Assembly (NCBI GenBank): GCA_963663235.2
Contig: CAXXNO010000005.1
Coordinates: 64,001 to 128,000, forward strand
From: Dehalococcoidia bacterium
Lineage (GTDB): Bacteria; Chloroflexota; Dehalococcoidia; Bin125
Direction of reading: 5' to 3'
Length of the DNA stretch: 64,000 nucleotides
The first letter of the stretch is position 1. The number at the start of each line of letters is the position of its first letter. The notes beneath the pieces are model-generated. The model saw nothing but the letters and a program-made list of their open reading frames with translations. It did not search any database and had not been told where the DNA came from. The translations under genes and the position numbers were made by a program. Positions 1-10,178 of this stretch are shown here, piece after piece.

Positions 1-2
1 TC

Positions 3-383
3 GATCCCGCCGAGCTGGCTGGCGACGCACACAAGTTCGTGTGCCGGTTTGGCACCGGCTACTTGAAGCCGATGATCAACTCCGATGATTGCTGGTCGTG
101 CTACGAGGAGTTCCGCAAGGAGGACGGCCCCTTCGAGTGGCCCGCCTGGTACCCCGAGATGCATTACGTGGTGCGTGGCAGCGCACAGGTCGAATATTCA
201 CTGCCGCCACTACACCCGGAGGTGAAGACCATCGAGGTCAAGCCTGGCGACGTCTATCTGATGCCACGCGGATCGTATTTCCGCTGGACGGTGACCAGCG
301 ACGAGCCCTTCGGCCACGTGGTCACCGCAAGTCCGAGCCCCTTCACGGAGGGCGAGGTCTACCGGATGCGGTACAACCCGTAA
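3..383 (+). CDS. Cupin-domain protein (DUF861/EutQ-like), 5'-partial
   Basis: Frame is open from position 3. EMHYVVRG...VKPGDVYLMPRG...WTV matches the cupin barrel pattern. Confidence 0.7.
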   Translation, partial: DPAELAGDAHKFVCRFGTGYLKPMINSDDCWSCYEEFRKEDGPFEWPAWYPEMHYVVRGSAQVEYSLPPLHPEVKTIEVKPGDVYLMPRGSYFRWTVTSDEPFGHVVTASPSPFTEGEVYRMRYNP

Positions 384-426
384 GCCGGGCCAGCCGCGGA
401 TCGTCACGGCGAGAGCGGGGACGCCT

Positions 427-1510
427 ATGCACGAGCCGATGATGCCAACAAGTGACGCGGGCAAGCGCTATGTGGCGCTGGCTGAGGAACACGCGAAGGA
501 CTTCGCGACGCGCGCGGCGGAGCACGACCGCCAAGGTAGCTTCCCCTTCGAAAACTTCCGGGCGATGCAGCAGAGCGGCGTCATGGCCGCCATGGTGCCG
601 GAACAATTCGGCGGCCTCGGGGTGGAGTCCGTCCACGATATGGTCGTGGGCGTCTCGCGCCTCGGCCGCGGCGACGGCTCGACCGCCCTCGCCGCCAACA
701 TGCACATCGTCGCCGGCCGCCTCATCTCGGATGCCTGGAAGGCGGCCAATGCCGCGCAAGATCTCCGCGCCGCATCTGCATGCGAGGGATTGCTGCAGCA
801 GATCAGCGCGGGCGAAGTGATCGTCACTTTGCTGGGCACCGAGTCGGGCACCGACCAGCTGCATCCGCAGGTCACCGCTACCCCGACGCAGGGGGCTACC
901 GCGGACGCAAGCTGTTTGGGCTCTCACCGATCGCCAACCTCTTCTGGACCGTCGTGGCCTCGAGACTCGCGGCCCGAGAGACCCCATTCTCGCTGGGACG
1001 CTGGGGATGCGCGCCTCCGGCAGCCGATATCGTCTTCGACGACTGCTTCCTGTCCGAGGAGCAGTTGCAACCTGCGGGTTCCCTACGAGTGGAGCCCCCC
1101 TTGGTTCAACACCATCCTGGGCAATTTGGGGTTGGTCGGAGCCTTCTTCGGGATGGCACGACGAGGCGAACCATCGCGGACTGGCACCAGCTCAACACTG
1201 GGTCGCGGAGATGGAGATCAACCTGATCGCGGCCCGGACCATGCTGGACCACTGCGCCTGCAAGGTGGATGAGTTCTACGAGGTCCACCCGTTCCAGGTG
1301 ACGAAGAACTTCGTCTGTGACCGCGCCGTGGCCATCGTCGACAGGGCGATGACGGCCTCGGGCGGCTCCGGCTACCTGAGCGGGAGCCCACTCTCACGCT
1401 GGTACCGTGACGTGCGGGCCGGGCCAATTATGCAGACCTACTCGCTCAATGAGCAGCACGAATACATCGCCAAGGTCACGCTCGGGTTGCCGATGGAGAT
1501 GACCGACTAG
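427..1510 (+). pseudogene. Acyl-CoA dehydrogenase-family gene with several frameshifts and small deletions
   Basis: N-terminus (AAEHDRQGSFPFENF, VPEQFGGLG, GDGSTALAANMH) is in one frame, GRKLFG and DIVFDDCF in a second, and GMRASGS plus the C-terminal AMTASGGSGY..SPLSRWYRDVRAG in a third. Confidence 0.8.
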
Positions 1511-1570
1511 GTCCACGGGAGTGCCCGCACGTTCAGGCCGGCGGCGCGGCTCGCGGTCGTCGACGGCCGC

Positions 1571-1819
1571 TTACTCCCAGGCGGACGAACCCGACAGCGT
1601 GGACGCCATTCCGACGATGAACCCCAGGCCCCCACCCAGCGCGATCCAGATCCCGAGCACCGGCATGTCACTGGCGAAGGCGCCACCGCCCACTCCGATC
1701 GCGGCCGCCGGGATGGCCCACAGCCCGATCGACGTCAAGCGTTGGCTGCCCCCGCGCATCTTCGCCACGGCCGCAGTCTCCCTAAGCGTCTCGATACTCT
1801 CGCCGTCTCTGCCTGCATG
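1571..1819 (-). CDS. Possible small membrane protein (start uncertain)
   Basis: Two hydrophobic Gly/Ala-rich segments at the end of ORF 1571..1957. Confidence 0.35.
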   Translation of the reverse strand, partial: HAGRDGESIETLRETAAVAKMRGGSQRLTSIGLWAIPAAAIGVGGGAFASDMPVLGIWIALGGGLGFIVGMASTLSGSSAWE

Positions 1820-2312
1820 ACGTCCGGCGTGACCGCCTAGTTCCTGGTAGCGGCCCGCAATTCGACCTCCCCCCACGCTGGCCGCCGCCGAGCCAGGTGT
1901 TCGCTTCCTTGGGGGCCTGCATGGAACGTCCACCCCAATGCCCGAAGGACGGCCCATGACCAGAAAGCGGGCGTCGCGCTGCTTGGCAGCCGCTCGCGTC
2001 CGCTGCCCGAACGACGCCGTTCAACCTGCTGGGAGAGCGCGGGCGGCAGGTGCCGCCCGGCGCCGCGGCTCGCAGGCTTGCATCAGCCACTCTCCGTCGC
2101 CTGGTTGGCATGGCCGCGTGACACTGGCGAGAGAATCAAGGCCGCAGACCTGCTACGCTGAACGCACGCCCGCTGATGGGCGAGACCCCAGCCTCCTCCG
2201 CGGTCGTCCTTCCCTCCCGCACGCGCCGCAGCGGACTCTGCGGTTGCAACACCCGGCTGCGTGACCCGCAGCCATAGCGACCGGGATGACCCGGCAGGAA
2301 AGTTCGAAGTTC

Positions 2313-2582
2313 GTGCAAAAGATCTATGTTGGAAATCTCCCTTTCTCCTCCACGGAGGAGGATGTTCGTGCACTGTTCGCGGCGCACGGCGAAGTGCTGT
2401 CGTGCGTGCTCCCCACAGACCGGGACACTGGACGGCCGCGGGGCTTCGGCTTCGTGGAAATGCAAGCGGCGGACGCCGCCCAAGCGATCCAGGCTCTGAA
2501 CGGCCACGAATTGGGCGGGCGGGCGCTCAAAGTCAACGAGGCTCGGCCGCGCGAGGAACGCGACAACCGCGGGCGCTGGTAA
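2313..2582 (+). CDS. RRM-domain RNA-binding protein
   Basis: RNP2 KIYVGNLPF, RNP1 RGFGFVEM and LKVNEARPRE. GTG start follows AGGAAAG. Confidence 0.95.
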   Translation: MQKIYVGNLPFSSTEEDVRALFAAHGEVLSCVLPTDRDTGRPRGFGFVEMQAADAAQAIQALNGHELGGRALKVNEARPREERDNRGRW

Positions 2583-2890
2583 GCCGCACTCGGCGCGGCC
2601 GCGGGCTAGGAGCCCACGCCGCGCGATGAACGGTGCCGGCCGGCCTGGCGGGAGTTCAGAGCAGGCCGTGCGGCGCCGATTCGGCCACCACCCAATGCGT
2701 GCGGCATCGGCGGCGCGCCCGTAGCGGCTACTGTCCTCGCACTCCTCGACCACCTGGGTACCGATACCGAACGCTTGCCCTGGGATGCCTCCCGGGGGCG
2801 TACATCCGCGGTCCCGCGGCTGGAGATGCGATTTTGACCGGCCCGGCCTCGGGTTCCGGCGATGGCGAACATGCGGCCGCAGGCTCAGCG

Positions 2891-3622
2891 CTAGAGCGAC
2901 TGTGGTCTGTGGATGCCGGCGCGGGCCTTGACGTCACGCTTGCGCGCGCGCTCGAGGAGTAAGAGTCCGGGTATTACGATGATCAGCCCCCCCACAAGCC
3001 CGCCCAGCGCGTCGGACGGCCAGTGCACCCCGCCGGTGACCGCCACCCACGGATTGAGCAGCACGACACCCAGCGCCCACACGGCCGGCACACCTCGCAG
3101 CCAAACCGGCGCCGCAATGCGGACGGACAGGTACAGGACCAGGCCGCCGGCCAGCACGTCGCTCATGGCATGGCCGCTGGGATAGCTCTCGTCGCCGAAC
3201 CCAGTCCGCTGCTCCAGAAAGAAAACAGACGTCCGCGGCCGGTCCACCACGTCCTTCAGGACGACCTGGAGCACGAATCCCAGCAGAAAGCTCGCCGCCG
3301 CCACAGCCATCCAAGGCTGCCGCCGAACGCCGAGAACTGCAACCACCAGCAGGATCGCCACGAATCCGGCGAGGGGCGATCCGAACTCCCGCACAACGTC
3401 GATCACTTCCTGTCCCGCGACATCCTTCTCTTGGATCCAGCGGCCCACGGCGATATCGGCGGGAAAGTGATCGGCCGTCGACGCCCAGATCGCCATCGCG
3501 ACGCCGCCCAGCAGCAGCCCCACCCAAAACATCCAGATCCAACGGCGGTCTCGGGGTAGCCAGCGCGCGACGATTCGGTTTCGCGCCGGAGTTGGAGGCG
3601 CCGAAGTTGACGAGTCGCGCAT
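2891..3622 (-). CDS. PAP2-family membrane phosphatase (start uncertain)
   Basis: KDVVDRPR, SYPSGHA and GVHWPSDALGG motifs plus TM helices. Confidence 0.88.
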   Translation of the reverse strand: MRDSSTSAPPTPARNRIVARWLPRDRRWIWMFWVGLLLGGVAMAIWASTADHFPADIAVGRWIQEKDVAGQEVIDVVREFGSPLAGFVAILLVVAVLGVRRQPWMAVAAASFLLGFVLQVVLKDVVDRPRTSVFFLEQRTGFGDESYPSGHAMSDVLAGGLVLYLSVRIAAPVWLRGVPAVWALGVVLLNPWVAVTGGVHWPSDALGGLVGGLIIVIPGLLLLERARKRDVKARAGIHRPQSL

Positions 3623-3905
3623 GCGTGGGGGTGGCACTCCCGTACCTTGGCTGGCTGCGACGGTTGGAATGGCTCGTTGCGCTGTCGATGGAGCGAGCGA
3701 TTCCGAACTGCTGCGGCTCACCGCCAGGATAGCCGAGCGCAGGCACTTTCCCGTGACGCCCTACCACGCCCTTCAACTCGTGCGCCGCCAAACGCACTAG
3801 CCGTCCCCCGTTGGCAGATGGCTGCCGGTCGCGCCGGCTAACTAGACTGGACCTCGGACAGGATGGCCCTCCTCGCCCAACCCGGCGCTGTCACTGCTCG
3901 CAGGT

Positions 3906-4412
3906 TTGGAGATCCACGTGGCGACACTTGAAGAGCGCTTGCAACGTCTGGAAGAGATCGACGCGATTCGTCGGCTCAAGCAGGTGTACGCCCGAACGTT
4001 GGACCGCTTCGCGCCCGGCGATGAGTTCGCCGCGCTCTTCACGGATGACAGGGTGCTCGACCTCGGTCCGATGGGACTGTTCGAGGGCCGCCCGGCCATC
4101 GCCGAGTTTTTCAATGGCGCACGGGAGACCTTCAGCTTTTTCCTCCATTACACCGACGGCGACATCATCGACGTCCTGCCCTCCGGCACGGAGGCCACCG
4201 GCACCTGGTACATGTGGGAGCCGGCGACCCGCAAGGGGCAGGCCGTCTTGATCGCGATCACGTACGACGAGAAATATCGAAAGGTCGAGGAGCGCTGGCT
4301 GTTCGCGTACTCGCGATCCACCTACCATTTCGTCACACCCTACGAGTCCGGGTGGGTCCGACAACCGTTTCCGGCCGACATGGATGCTGCACATGGTGAC
4401 CGCGAACGGTAG
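3906..4412 (+). CDS. SnoaL_4/NTF2-like protein (LinA/BaiE-like)
   Basis: LEEIDAIRRLKQVYARTLD..LFTDD..FLHY..ATGTWY..YDEKYRKVEERWLF. Confidence 0.88.
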   Translation: MEIHVATLEERLQRLEEIDAIRRLKQVYARTLDRFAPGDEFAALFTDDRVLDLGPMGLFEGRPAIAEFFNGARETFSFFLHYTDGDIIDVLPSGTEATGTWYMWEPATRKGQAVLIAITYDEKYRKVEERWLFAYSRSTYHFVTPYESGWVRQPFPADMDAAHGDRER

Positions 4413-4427
4413 ACGGAGAGCGCGACC

Positions 4428-4889
4428 ATGGAGTCCATCGAGACACGGCTGGCGCGGTTGGAAGAGATCGAGGCGATCAGGTCGCTCAAGATTCGCTACG
4501 CGCAAGCCTGCGACGCAGACTACGAGCCCGATGCGCTCGCCGCGATGTTCACCGAGGATGGTGAGTTTGACGTCGGCATCTTCGGCGTCCACCGTGGCCG
4601 ACGCGCGATCCGCGACTACTTCGCCGGGGCCTCGGCCCGGATCACGTTCGCTCTACACATGATGATCGGTCCGACGATTGACATCGCGCCATCCGGTGTC
4701 CGGGCGACAGGCCACTGGTACGTGTGGCAACCGATGACGCTGGACGGTCGCGCCTATCTCTCGGCCGTGACCTACGACGACGAATACCGCAAGATCGACG
4801 GGCGCTGGCTGTTCCACCGGGTCAAGGTCCACCGTCACTTCACCACCCCCTACGATCAGGGCTGGGTCCGCCAACGCCTGCCTGAGTAG
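4428..4889 (+). CDS. SnoaL_4/NTF2-like protein (LinA/BaiE-like), tandem paralog
   Basis: LEEIEAIRSLKIRYAQACD..FTEDG..ALHM..YDDEYRKIDGRWLF. RBS GGAG upstream. Confidence 0.9.
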   Translation: MESIETRLARLEEIEAIRSLKIRYAQACDADYEPDALAAMFTEDGEFDVGIFGVHRGRRAIRDYFAGASARITFALHMMIGPTIDIAPSGVRATGHWYVWQPMTLDGRAYLSAVTYDDEYRKIDGRWLFHRVKVHRHFTTPYDQGWVRQRLPE

Positions 4890-4945
4890 CAGCCAACCCC
4901 CCGCCGACCGCTGACAGAGGAGCCGCAACGGCGGGGCGCGGCGAC

Positions 4946-5953
4946 CTAGACGAAGCGCGGCAGCACCCGCTCCGTGAACAGCGTGAAGGAGCTGTGGCTC
5001 AGCGGCGCGCACATCAGATAATCCAGGAACATCTCGTCACCGAGCCGCTCGATCTCATCGACGACCTCATCCGGCGTGCCGTAGATGATGACGTGATCGA
5101 CGTAGCGCTGCACGGGGTCCACGCGCGCTCCGTCGTCGGTGGCCGTGGACGGCGCAGGAAAGGCCCACGTCCCGGAGCTCGGGTTGGCGTACGCGCCCAC
5201 CAGCCATTGAGCGCCCTGTGTCGCGATCTCCTTCGCCTCATCGTGTGTCTGGCCGACGGCAAGGAGCCGCGCCATCGGAATCGTTCGCCCGGCCATCGTC
5301 CGCCCGCTGGCCTCCAAGGCGCAGCGGTACAACTCGCGCTTCTCGGCGATCTCCTCGTGTGACGCATGCGGGTCCATCATGATGGTGTATCCCTGCTGCG
5401 CCGACCATTCGATCGCGTCGGGCGATGTGGCTGCCAGCCAGATCGGAGGGTGGGGCTGCTGCACCGGCTTGGGCAGCACCTCCACGTCGTCGAAGTCCCA
5501 GTACTCGCCGTGATAGGTCACCCGCTCCTGGCGCCACGCCTGCTGCACCACGTCGACCGCTTCACGGAAGCGCGGGTAGCTGTCTTCCCGTGTCACGCCG
5601 AACGCCCCGAACTCCGTGGGGTCGAAACCGCGTCCCGCGCCCCAGTTCACGCGCCCGCCCGAGAGCACGTCCAGCAGCGCCACCTCCTCGGCCAGGCGCA
5701 GCGGGTGATAGAAAGCCGCCAACGACACCGCGGTGCCGATGCGCAGGTTGCGCGTTCGCGCCGCGACCTCCACGCCCATCATGTGGACGGAAGGGCAGAC
5801 GCTAAACGAGTTGAAGTGATGCTCAGCCAGCCAGACGGCGTCATAGCCCGTCTCGTCCATGATCTCGATACGCCGTAGCGCGCGCTGATAGACCGTGCTC
5901 AGGGGGACGCGCCGCTCCGGCCAGCTGAAGAACTGGAGCCCCCCGAACTTCAT
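4946..5953 (-). CDS. Luciferase-like (LLM) flavin-dependent oxidoreductase
   Basis: MKFG start, GYDAVWLAEHHF, HPLRLAEEVALLDVLSGGR, PKPVQQPHPPIW. Confidence 0.93.
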   Translation of the reverse strand: MKFGGLQFFSWPERRVPLSTVYQRALRRIEIMDETGYDAVWLAEHHFNSFSVCPSVHMMGVEVAARTRNLRIGTAVSLAAFYHPLRLAEEVALLDVLSGGRVNWGAGRGFDPTEFGAFGVTREDSYPRFREAVDVVQQAWRQERVTYHGEYWDFDDVEVLPKPVQQPHPPIWLAATSPDAIEWSAQQGYTIMMDPHASHEEIAEKRELYRCALEASGRTMAGRTIPMARLLAVGQTHDEAKEIATQGAQWLVGAYANPSSGTWAFPAPSTATDDGARVDPVQRYVDHVIIYGTPDEVVDEIERLGDEMFLDYLMCAPLSHSSFTLFTERVLPRFV

Positions 5954-6266
5954 GCCGCCCGTCCTTCCGTCGTCGATCGTTGCAGCGGCCACCGCGGGCC
6001 CACCCCTGTCGCGAGCCACAGGATAGCGCCCATCGGTCCGGGTAGCCTGAGCGCCGCCGTTCCCGCCGCTGCTCTCCGCGTGTATCACACCGGTGCGGCC
6101 GGCTGACTCCCAAACGTCCCGCGATGGCGCCCCGAACAAGCGCCGTCCCCAACTCGCCCGGCGCCGCTGGGAGCAATGGGTCATCTATCCCATTGCGGAT
6201 GGGCCACCTGCACCTCCGCGCTGACCCGGCGACGGCCGACCATGACATAGGGAATGGAGGTTGGCG

Positions 6267-6737
6267 ATGCCTGATCTACACGATGAGAATCCCGCCGCAC
6301 CGGGCTCCGTAAGTGAAGCGGGGCGGGCGTGCGCGCAATGCGGAGCCGATGTTCCGCGGGAGGCGGGCTTCTGCGCAGCCTGCGGCGCGGCCCGCTCCGG
6401 GGCGATGGCGCAGCGCCCAGACCACCCCTTCGGAACGGTCAGTCCCTTCGGGGCCCTCGGCGTCGCCGGGGCGCTCGCCCTCATCGGCTCCGCGCTCATC
6501 GCAAGCGCGGTGGCGGTCTGGGATGGAGTGATCACGGGGGCCGGCGGCGCGGCCCCGGTCCTGGCCGCGATCGTGCTCACGCTGTTCGCGGTCGGCGCAA
6601 TCGTCGCGGAGATCACGTTCGCCCGTCACCTGCGGGCGTCTGGCGCCCGCGAGTGGTACCGGAACACGCGGGCGCTGATCGGCGCGATTTGGATCATGAC
6701 GTTCCTGGCCACGTTGGTCGCGCTCATCGAGAACTAG
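6267..6737 (+). CDS. Zinc-ribbon membrane protein
   Basis: CAQCG-x8-CAACG followed by three hydrophobic helices. GGAGG upstream. Confidence 0.65.
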   Translation: MPDLHDENPAAPGSVSEAGRACAQCGADVPREAGFCAACGAARSGAMAQRPDHPFGTVSPFGALGVAGALALIGSALIASAVAVWDGVITGAGGAAPVLAAIVLTLFAVGAIVAEITFARHLRASGAREWYRNTRALIGAIWIMTFLATLVALIEN

Positions 6738-6959
6738 GCCCAAGACGCCATCCGCGCCACGCTCGACGGTGCTCCTGCCACAAGTCCTGCGACCCTGGCT
6801 GCGGACGATTCGCGACTGCGCATCGTGCGGGTCAACCGGCGGCCGCCGATCCGTGCACGTTCCACCTCACAGCGTCGGTGCGCAGCGCCGAAACCGCATG
6901 GCGTGCCTTCGGGCCCTTAGAATGCGCCAAGCGAAACCGTCTGTGATCGGGGGACGTGT

Positions 6960-7811
6960 ATGGCTCATCTGTTCAAGACGACAGTCGCTGGCGCCGAGCT
7001 CATCGCCTTGCGCGACAGCTGGTTCGCGGTGCCGCCCACGGAGTTCTACCCCGCCACGACGGACGCCGATTGGGAACCGTACCGCGAGGTTCTGGACGGG
7101 GACGGGAACCTGCGCTTCCCCATCGGCTGCTGCCTGATCCGCAGCGCTGGCAAGACCGTGCTCGTCGACACCGGCTTGGGCGGGCGCGAGAAACAGCAGA
7201 AGAATCTCCCCATCCGGGAGCCCACCCGGCTGCCGGCCGTGATGGAGGAGGCCGGCGTCCGGCCCGAGGAGATCGATATCGTCCTCTTCTCGCACCTGCA
7301 TCTGGATCACACGGGCTGGAACACGATTGATCGAGACGGGGTGCGCGTGCCGCTCTTTGCCAACGCGCGCCATGTGGTCCAGCGAACGGAATGGGCGTAT
7401 TGGACGGCGGCCGACGAGCGCAAGCGCTTTGCGCTCTTCAATATGGTGTGGGTGCCGGTCGTGGAAGCGGGCTTGCTGGACCTTGTTGAGGGCGAACACG
7501 CCCCGACGCCGACCATCGTGACGCTTCCCACGCCGGGACATACTCCGGGTCACGTCTCGTTCGTGGTGGGTGCGGGCGCCGATCGTGTCTATGTCCTCGG
7601 CGACGCTGCACACCATCCGGTCCAGCTGACGGAAACCGATTGGAACTGCACCGGGGACGTCGATCCCGACACCGCCGCCCGCACACGCCGGATGCTTCTC
7701 GACCGCATCGAGAGCGAAGGCGCGCTGATGGTCGGCGGACACTTTCCCTTCCCCGGTCTCGGGTACGCTGCACGCGAGGGCACGAAGCGCGTCTTCCGGC
7801 CGGTCGCCTGA
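6960..7811 (+). CDS. MBL-fold metallo-hydrolase (AHL lactonase/methyl-parathion hydrolase-like)
   Basis: VDTG, SHLHLDHTG, TPGHTPGH, GDAAH, GGHFPFPG. Confidence 0.92.
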   Translation: MAHLFKTTVAGAELIALRDSWFAVPPTEFYPATTDADWEPYREVLDGDGNLRFPIGCCLIRSAGKTVLVDTGLGGREKQQKNLPIREPTRLPAVMEEAGVRPEEIDIVLFSHLHLDHTGWNTIDRDGVRVPLFANARHVVQRTEWAYWTAADERKRFALFNMVWVPVVEAGLLDLVEGEHAPTPTIVTLPTPGHTPGHVSFVVGAGADRVYVLGDAAHHPVQLTETDWNCTGDVDPDTAARTRRMLLDRIESEGALMVGGHFPFPGLGYAAREGTKRVFRPVA

Positions 7812-7862
7812 CAGACTCGGCCGCGGGCCTACCGAGCCCGGCGCGTACGAGGATGCGAGACG

Positions 7863-8240
7863 ATGAGCAACTCGTTGCCCGATGACGCAGTCGATCGTCT
7901 CGCGCCCTTCCTGCACCGCGAAGACCTCCGGCGCATGCGCGTCGTGACGGGCGCGCCGGGGAACTGGCTTCCGGCGTTGCTTCGCACCGGCGCGGTCACG
8001 CTGGGAAGCCACGTCTTCTTTCGGCGCGGCCGGTTCGATCTCAACACCCCCCGCGGACTCGCGCTGATCGGCCACGAGGCAGGGCACATCCATCAGTACC
8101 GAAGTCTCGGCACGGCGAGGTTCCTCCTCCGCTACCTGCGGGGGGCCGTGACGGCGCGTTTCTCGCACGCCCGGCATCCCATGGAGCGGGATCTCATCAT
8201 GATGCAGCGTCGGATCCGCGAGGCGCTCGAAGGGAGCTGA
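7863..8240 (+). CDS. DUF4157-like protein (HExxH)
   Basis: AVTLGSHVFF..LALIGHEAGHIHQY..HPME. Confidence 0.75.
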   Translation: MSNSLPDDAVDRLAPFLHREDLRRMRVVTGAPGNWLPALLRTGAVTLGSHVFFRRGRFDLNTPRGLALIGHEAGHIHQYRSLGTARFLLRYLRGAVTARFSHARHPMERDLIMMQRRIREALEGS

Positions 8241-8340
8241 TGCCCCTCAAGACTCGCGGCCAAGATCGCGTGAACCGGTGCAACCGTGCCACGCCGGCCC
8301 GCACGTATGCCGCCCCGTGTCGTGCCGATCGTGACGCGGG

Positions 8341-9519
8341 TTAGATGACCTCGGCGGCCCTTAGCTCGCCGATCTCGCCCTGGCTGTAGCCCAGATCGAG
8401 CAGCACCCCTTCCGTGTGCTGGCCGAGCTCTGGCGCGGAAGATTTCGGGCCGGCGGGCGTGCGTGAGAGCTTGATCGGCGTTCCGACCACGCCCACCTTC
8501 CCGAACGTCGGGTGCTCCATCGATGTGATGTATCCGTTGGCGAGAATCTGTGGATCGCTGACCACGCCCGCGTGGTCGTGCACCGGCCCGCAGGGGATGT
8601 CGGCGGCGACAAGGAGATCCAGCCACTCGGCGAGAGGCCGCTTTTCGAACGTGGCATCCAGCTCGGCGAGCAGCGCCGGACGGTTCTCCTGCCGCCTGTC
8701 CAGATCGACGAACCGTTCATCGGCGATCAAGTCCTCCCGCTCCAGCGTGCGGCAGAGCGGCTCCCACCACTTCGGATCGTAGGCGCCCACCGAGATCCAG
8801 CGGCCGTCGGCGCAAGGATAATGAGTGAAGGTCGGCAACCAGCGGCGTGGCGTGGCGTCCTGGACGCCGGTCCGCATCATGCCAGTTAACTGAAACGCCT
8901 GCAGCGCCACCTGCGAGCCCAGCAGGGAGACGTCCACGTGCTGGCCGATCCCTTGTCGCTCCCGCGCGATGACCGCCGAGGCGATTCCCAGCGCGAACAC
9001 CATCGCCCCGACCTGATCCGCCAGGCCGCCCATCAGGTCCATCGGCGGCTCGTCGGGCCCTCCACCCTGCACGCTCATCAGGCCGCCCATCGCTTGCCCG
9101 ATCGAGTCGAACGACGGTCGCCCCGTATACGGCCCAACCGCACCGAACCCAGACGCGCTCCCCGTGATCACCTGCGGTTCCACCTTGCGGAGCGACTCGT
9201 AGTCCAGCCCCAAGCGCGCCATCACTCCCGTCCGGAAATTGTCGGTCACCACGTTGTAGCGCGGCAGCAGCTTCAGGATGATCTCCCGGCCCTCCGGCTT
9301 GCGCAGATCAACCGTGATCGATCGTTTGTTCCGGTTGTGCGCCTCAAAGTAGGCGCACCACCCGTCTGGCGACCGCCAGAGGAGGCGGCCCGGGTCGCCG
9401 TCGCGCGACTCCACCTTCAGCACGTCGGCCCCCAGGTCGGACAGCATGGCGGTGGCGTAGGCGCCCTGCTGGTAGCGGGTGAAGTCCAATATTCGGATGC
9501 CATCGAGCGGACCGGGCAT
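8341..9519 (-). CDS. Class III CoA-transferase (CaiB/BaiF family)
   Basis: GPLDGIRILDFT, LSDLGADVLKVE, NRNKRSITVDL, APELGQHT. Confidence 0.93.
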   Translation of the reverse strand: MPGPLDGIRILDFTRYQQGAYATAMLSDLGADVLKVESRDGDPGRLLWRSPDGWCAYFEAHNRNKRSITVDLRKPEGREIILKLLPRYNVVTDNFRTGVMARLGLDYESLRKVEPQVITGSASGFGAVGPYTGRPSFDSIGQAMGGLMSVQGGGPDEPPMDLMGGLADQVGAMVFALGIASAVIARERQGIGQHVDVSLLGSQVALQAFQLTGMMRTGVQDATPRRWLPTFTHYPCADGRWISVGAYDPKWWEPLCRTLEREDLIADERFVDLDRRQENRPALLAELDATFEKRPLAEWLDLLVAADIPCGPVHDHAGVVSDPQILANGYITSMEHPTFGKVGVVGTPIKLSRTPAGPKSSAPELGQHTEGVLLDLGYSQGEIGELRAAEVI

Positions 9520-9691
9520 GCGGCGCCTCCAAATCTCACTAGTAGGGCGGCGCAAGCGTAGCCGATCTCACCGCGCGTCGATGCCGGGACGACGAGCGCC
9601 CTCGCTTCGCGCTGCCTCCTCCTCGCCCGCTGGAGTTGGACGCGGTAGAAAGAGGGGACCAAGTCGGAGCGGACCGAGGAAAGGGACGGGG

Positions 9692-10036
9692 ATGCAGAAC
9701 ATTCAGCTCAGGGCGATCTGCAAGATCCATGACGGCAAGCTCGACGAGTTCCAGGCGGCGGCCCGCAAGCCCCTCGCCGCGGTTCAAGAGAAGGACTCCG
9801 GCACGCTCCAGTACGATTGGTTCTTCAGCTCTGATCGAAGCGTCTGCGTCGTACATGAGACCTACGCCGACTCCGATGCGGTCATGCAGCACATGGCCAA
9901 CGTGGGCGAGTTGCTTGCAGACCTGGTCAAGCTGTCGGATCTGTCGCTGGAACTCTTCGGAGACCCCTCGCCCGAGTTGGCCGCCGCGGCGGCCGCTTTC
10001 AGCCCTACCGTGTACGGCTACTTCCAAGGGCTGTAG
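9692..10036 (+). CDS. ABM/putative quinol monooxygenase-family protein
   Basis: EKDSGTLQYDWF..CVVHETYADSDAVMQH. Confidence 0.8.
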   Translation: MQNIQLRAICKIHDGKLDEFQAAARKPLAAVQEKDSGTLQYDWFFSSDRSVCVVHETYADSDAVMQHMANVGELLADLVKLSDLSLELFGDPSPELAAAAAAFSPTVYGYFQGL

Positions 10037-10071
10037 ACGGGACGCCTGCGGCCTCGTTGCGGTGCCGGAAT

Positions 10072-10114
10072 CTTACGCTGGCGTAACGGCTGCGTTACCA
10101 ACGCTCGCTAACGT
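10072..10114 (+). promoter_or_regulatory. Candidate OmpR-family operator with a -10-like hexamer upstream of the Vgb-like gene
   Basis: CTTAC/GTAAC/GTTAC at 10072, 10083 and 10094 (11-bp period), then TAACGT at 10109. Confidence 0.4.
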
Positions 10115-10178
10115 TTGGGCAGCCGGGAGCGTAACGCGTCCGTAGGCACGCGCAGCGCGTGCGGCCGGCGCAAGATCG

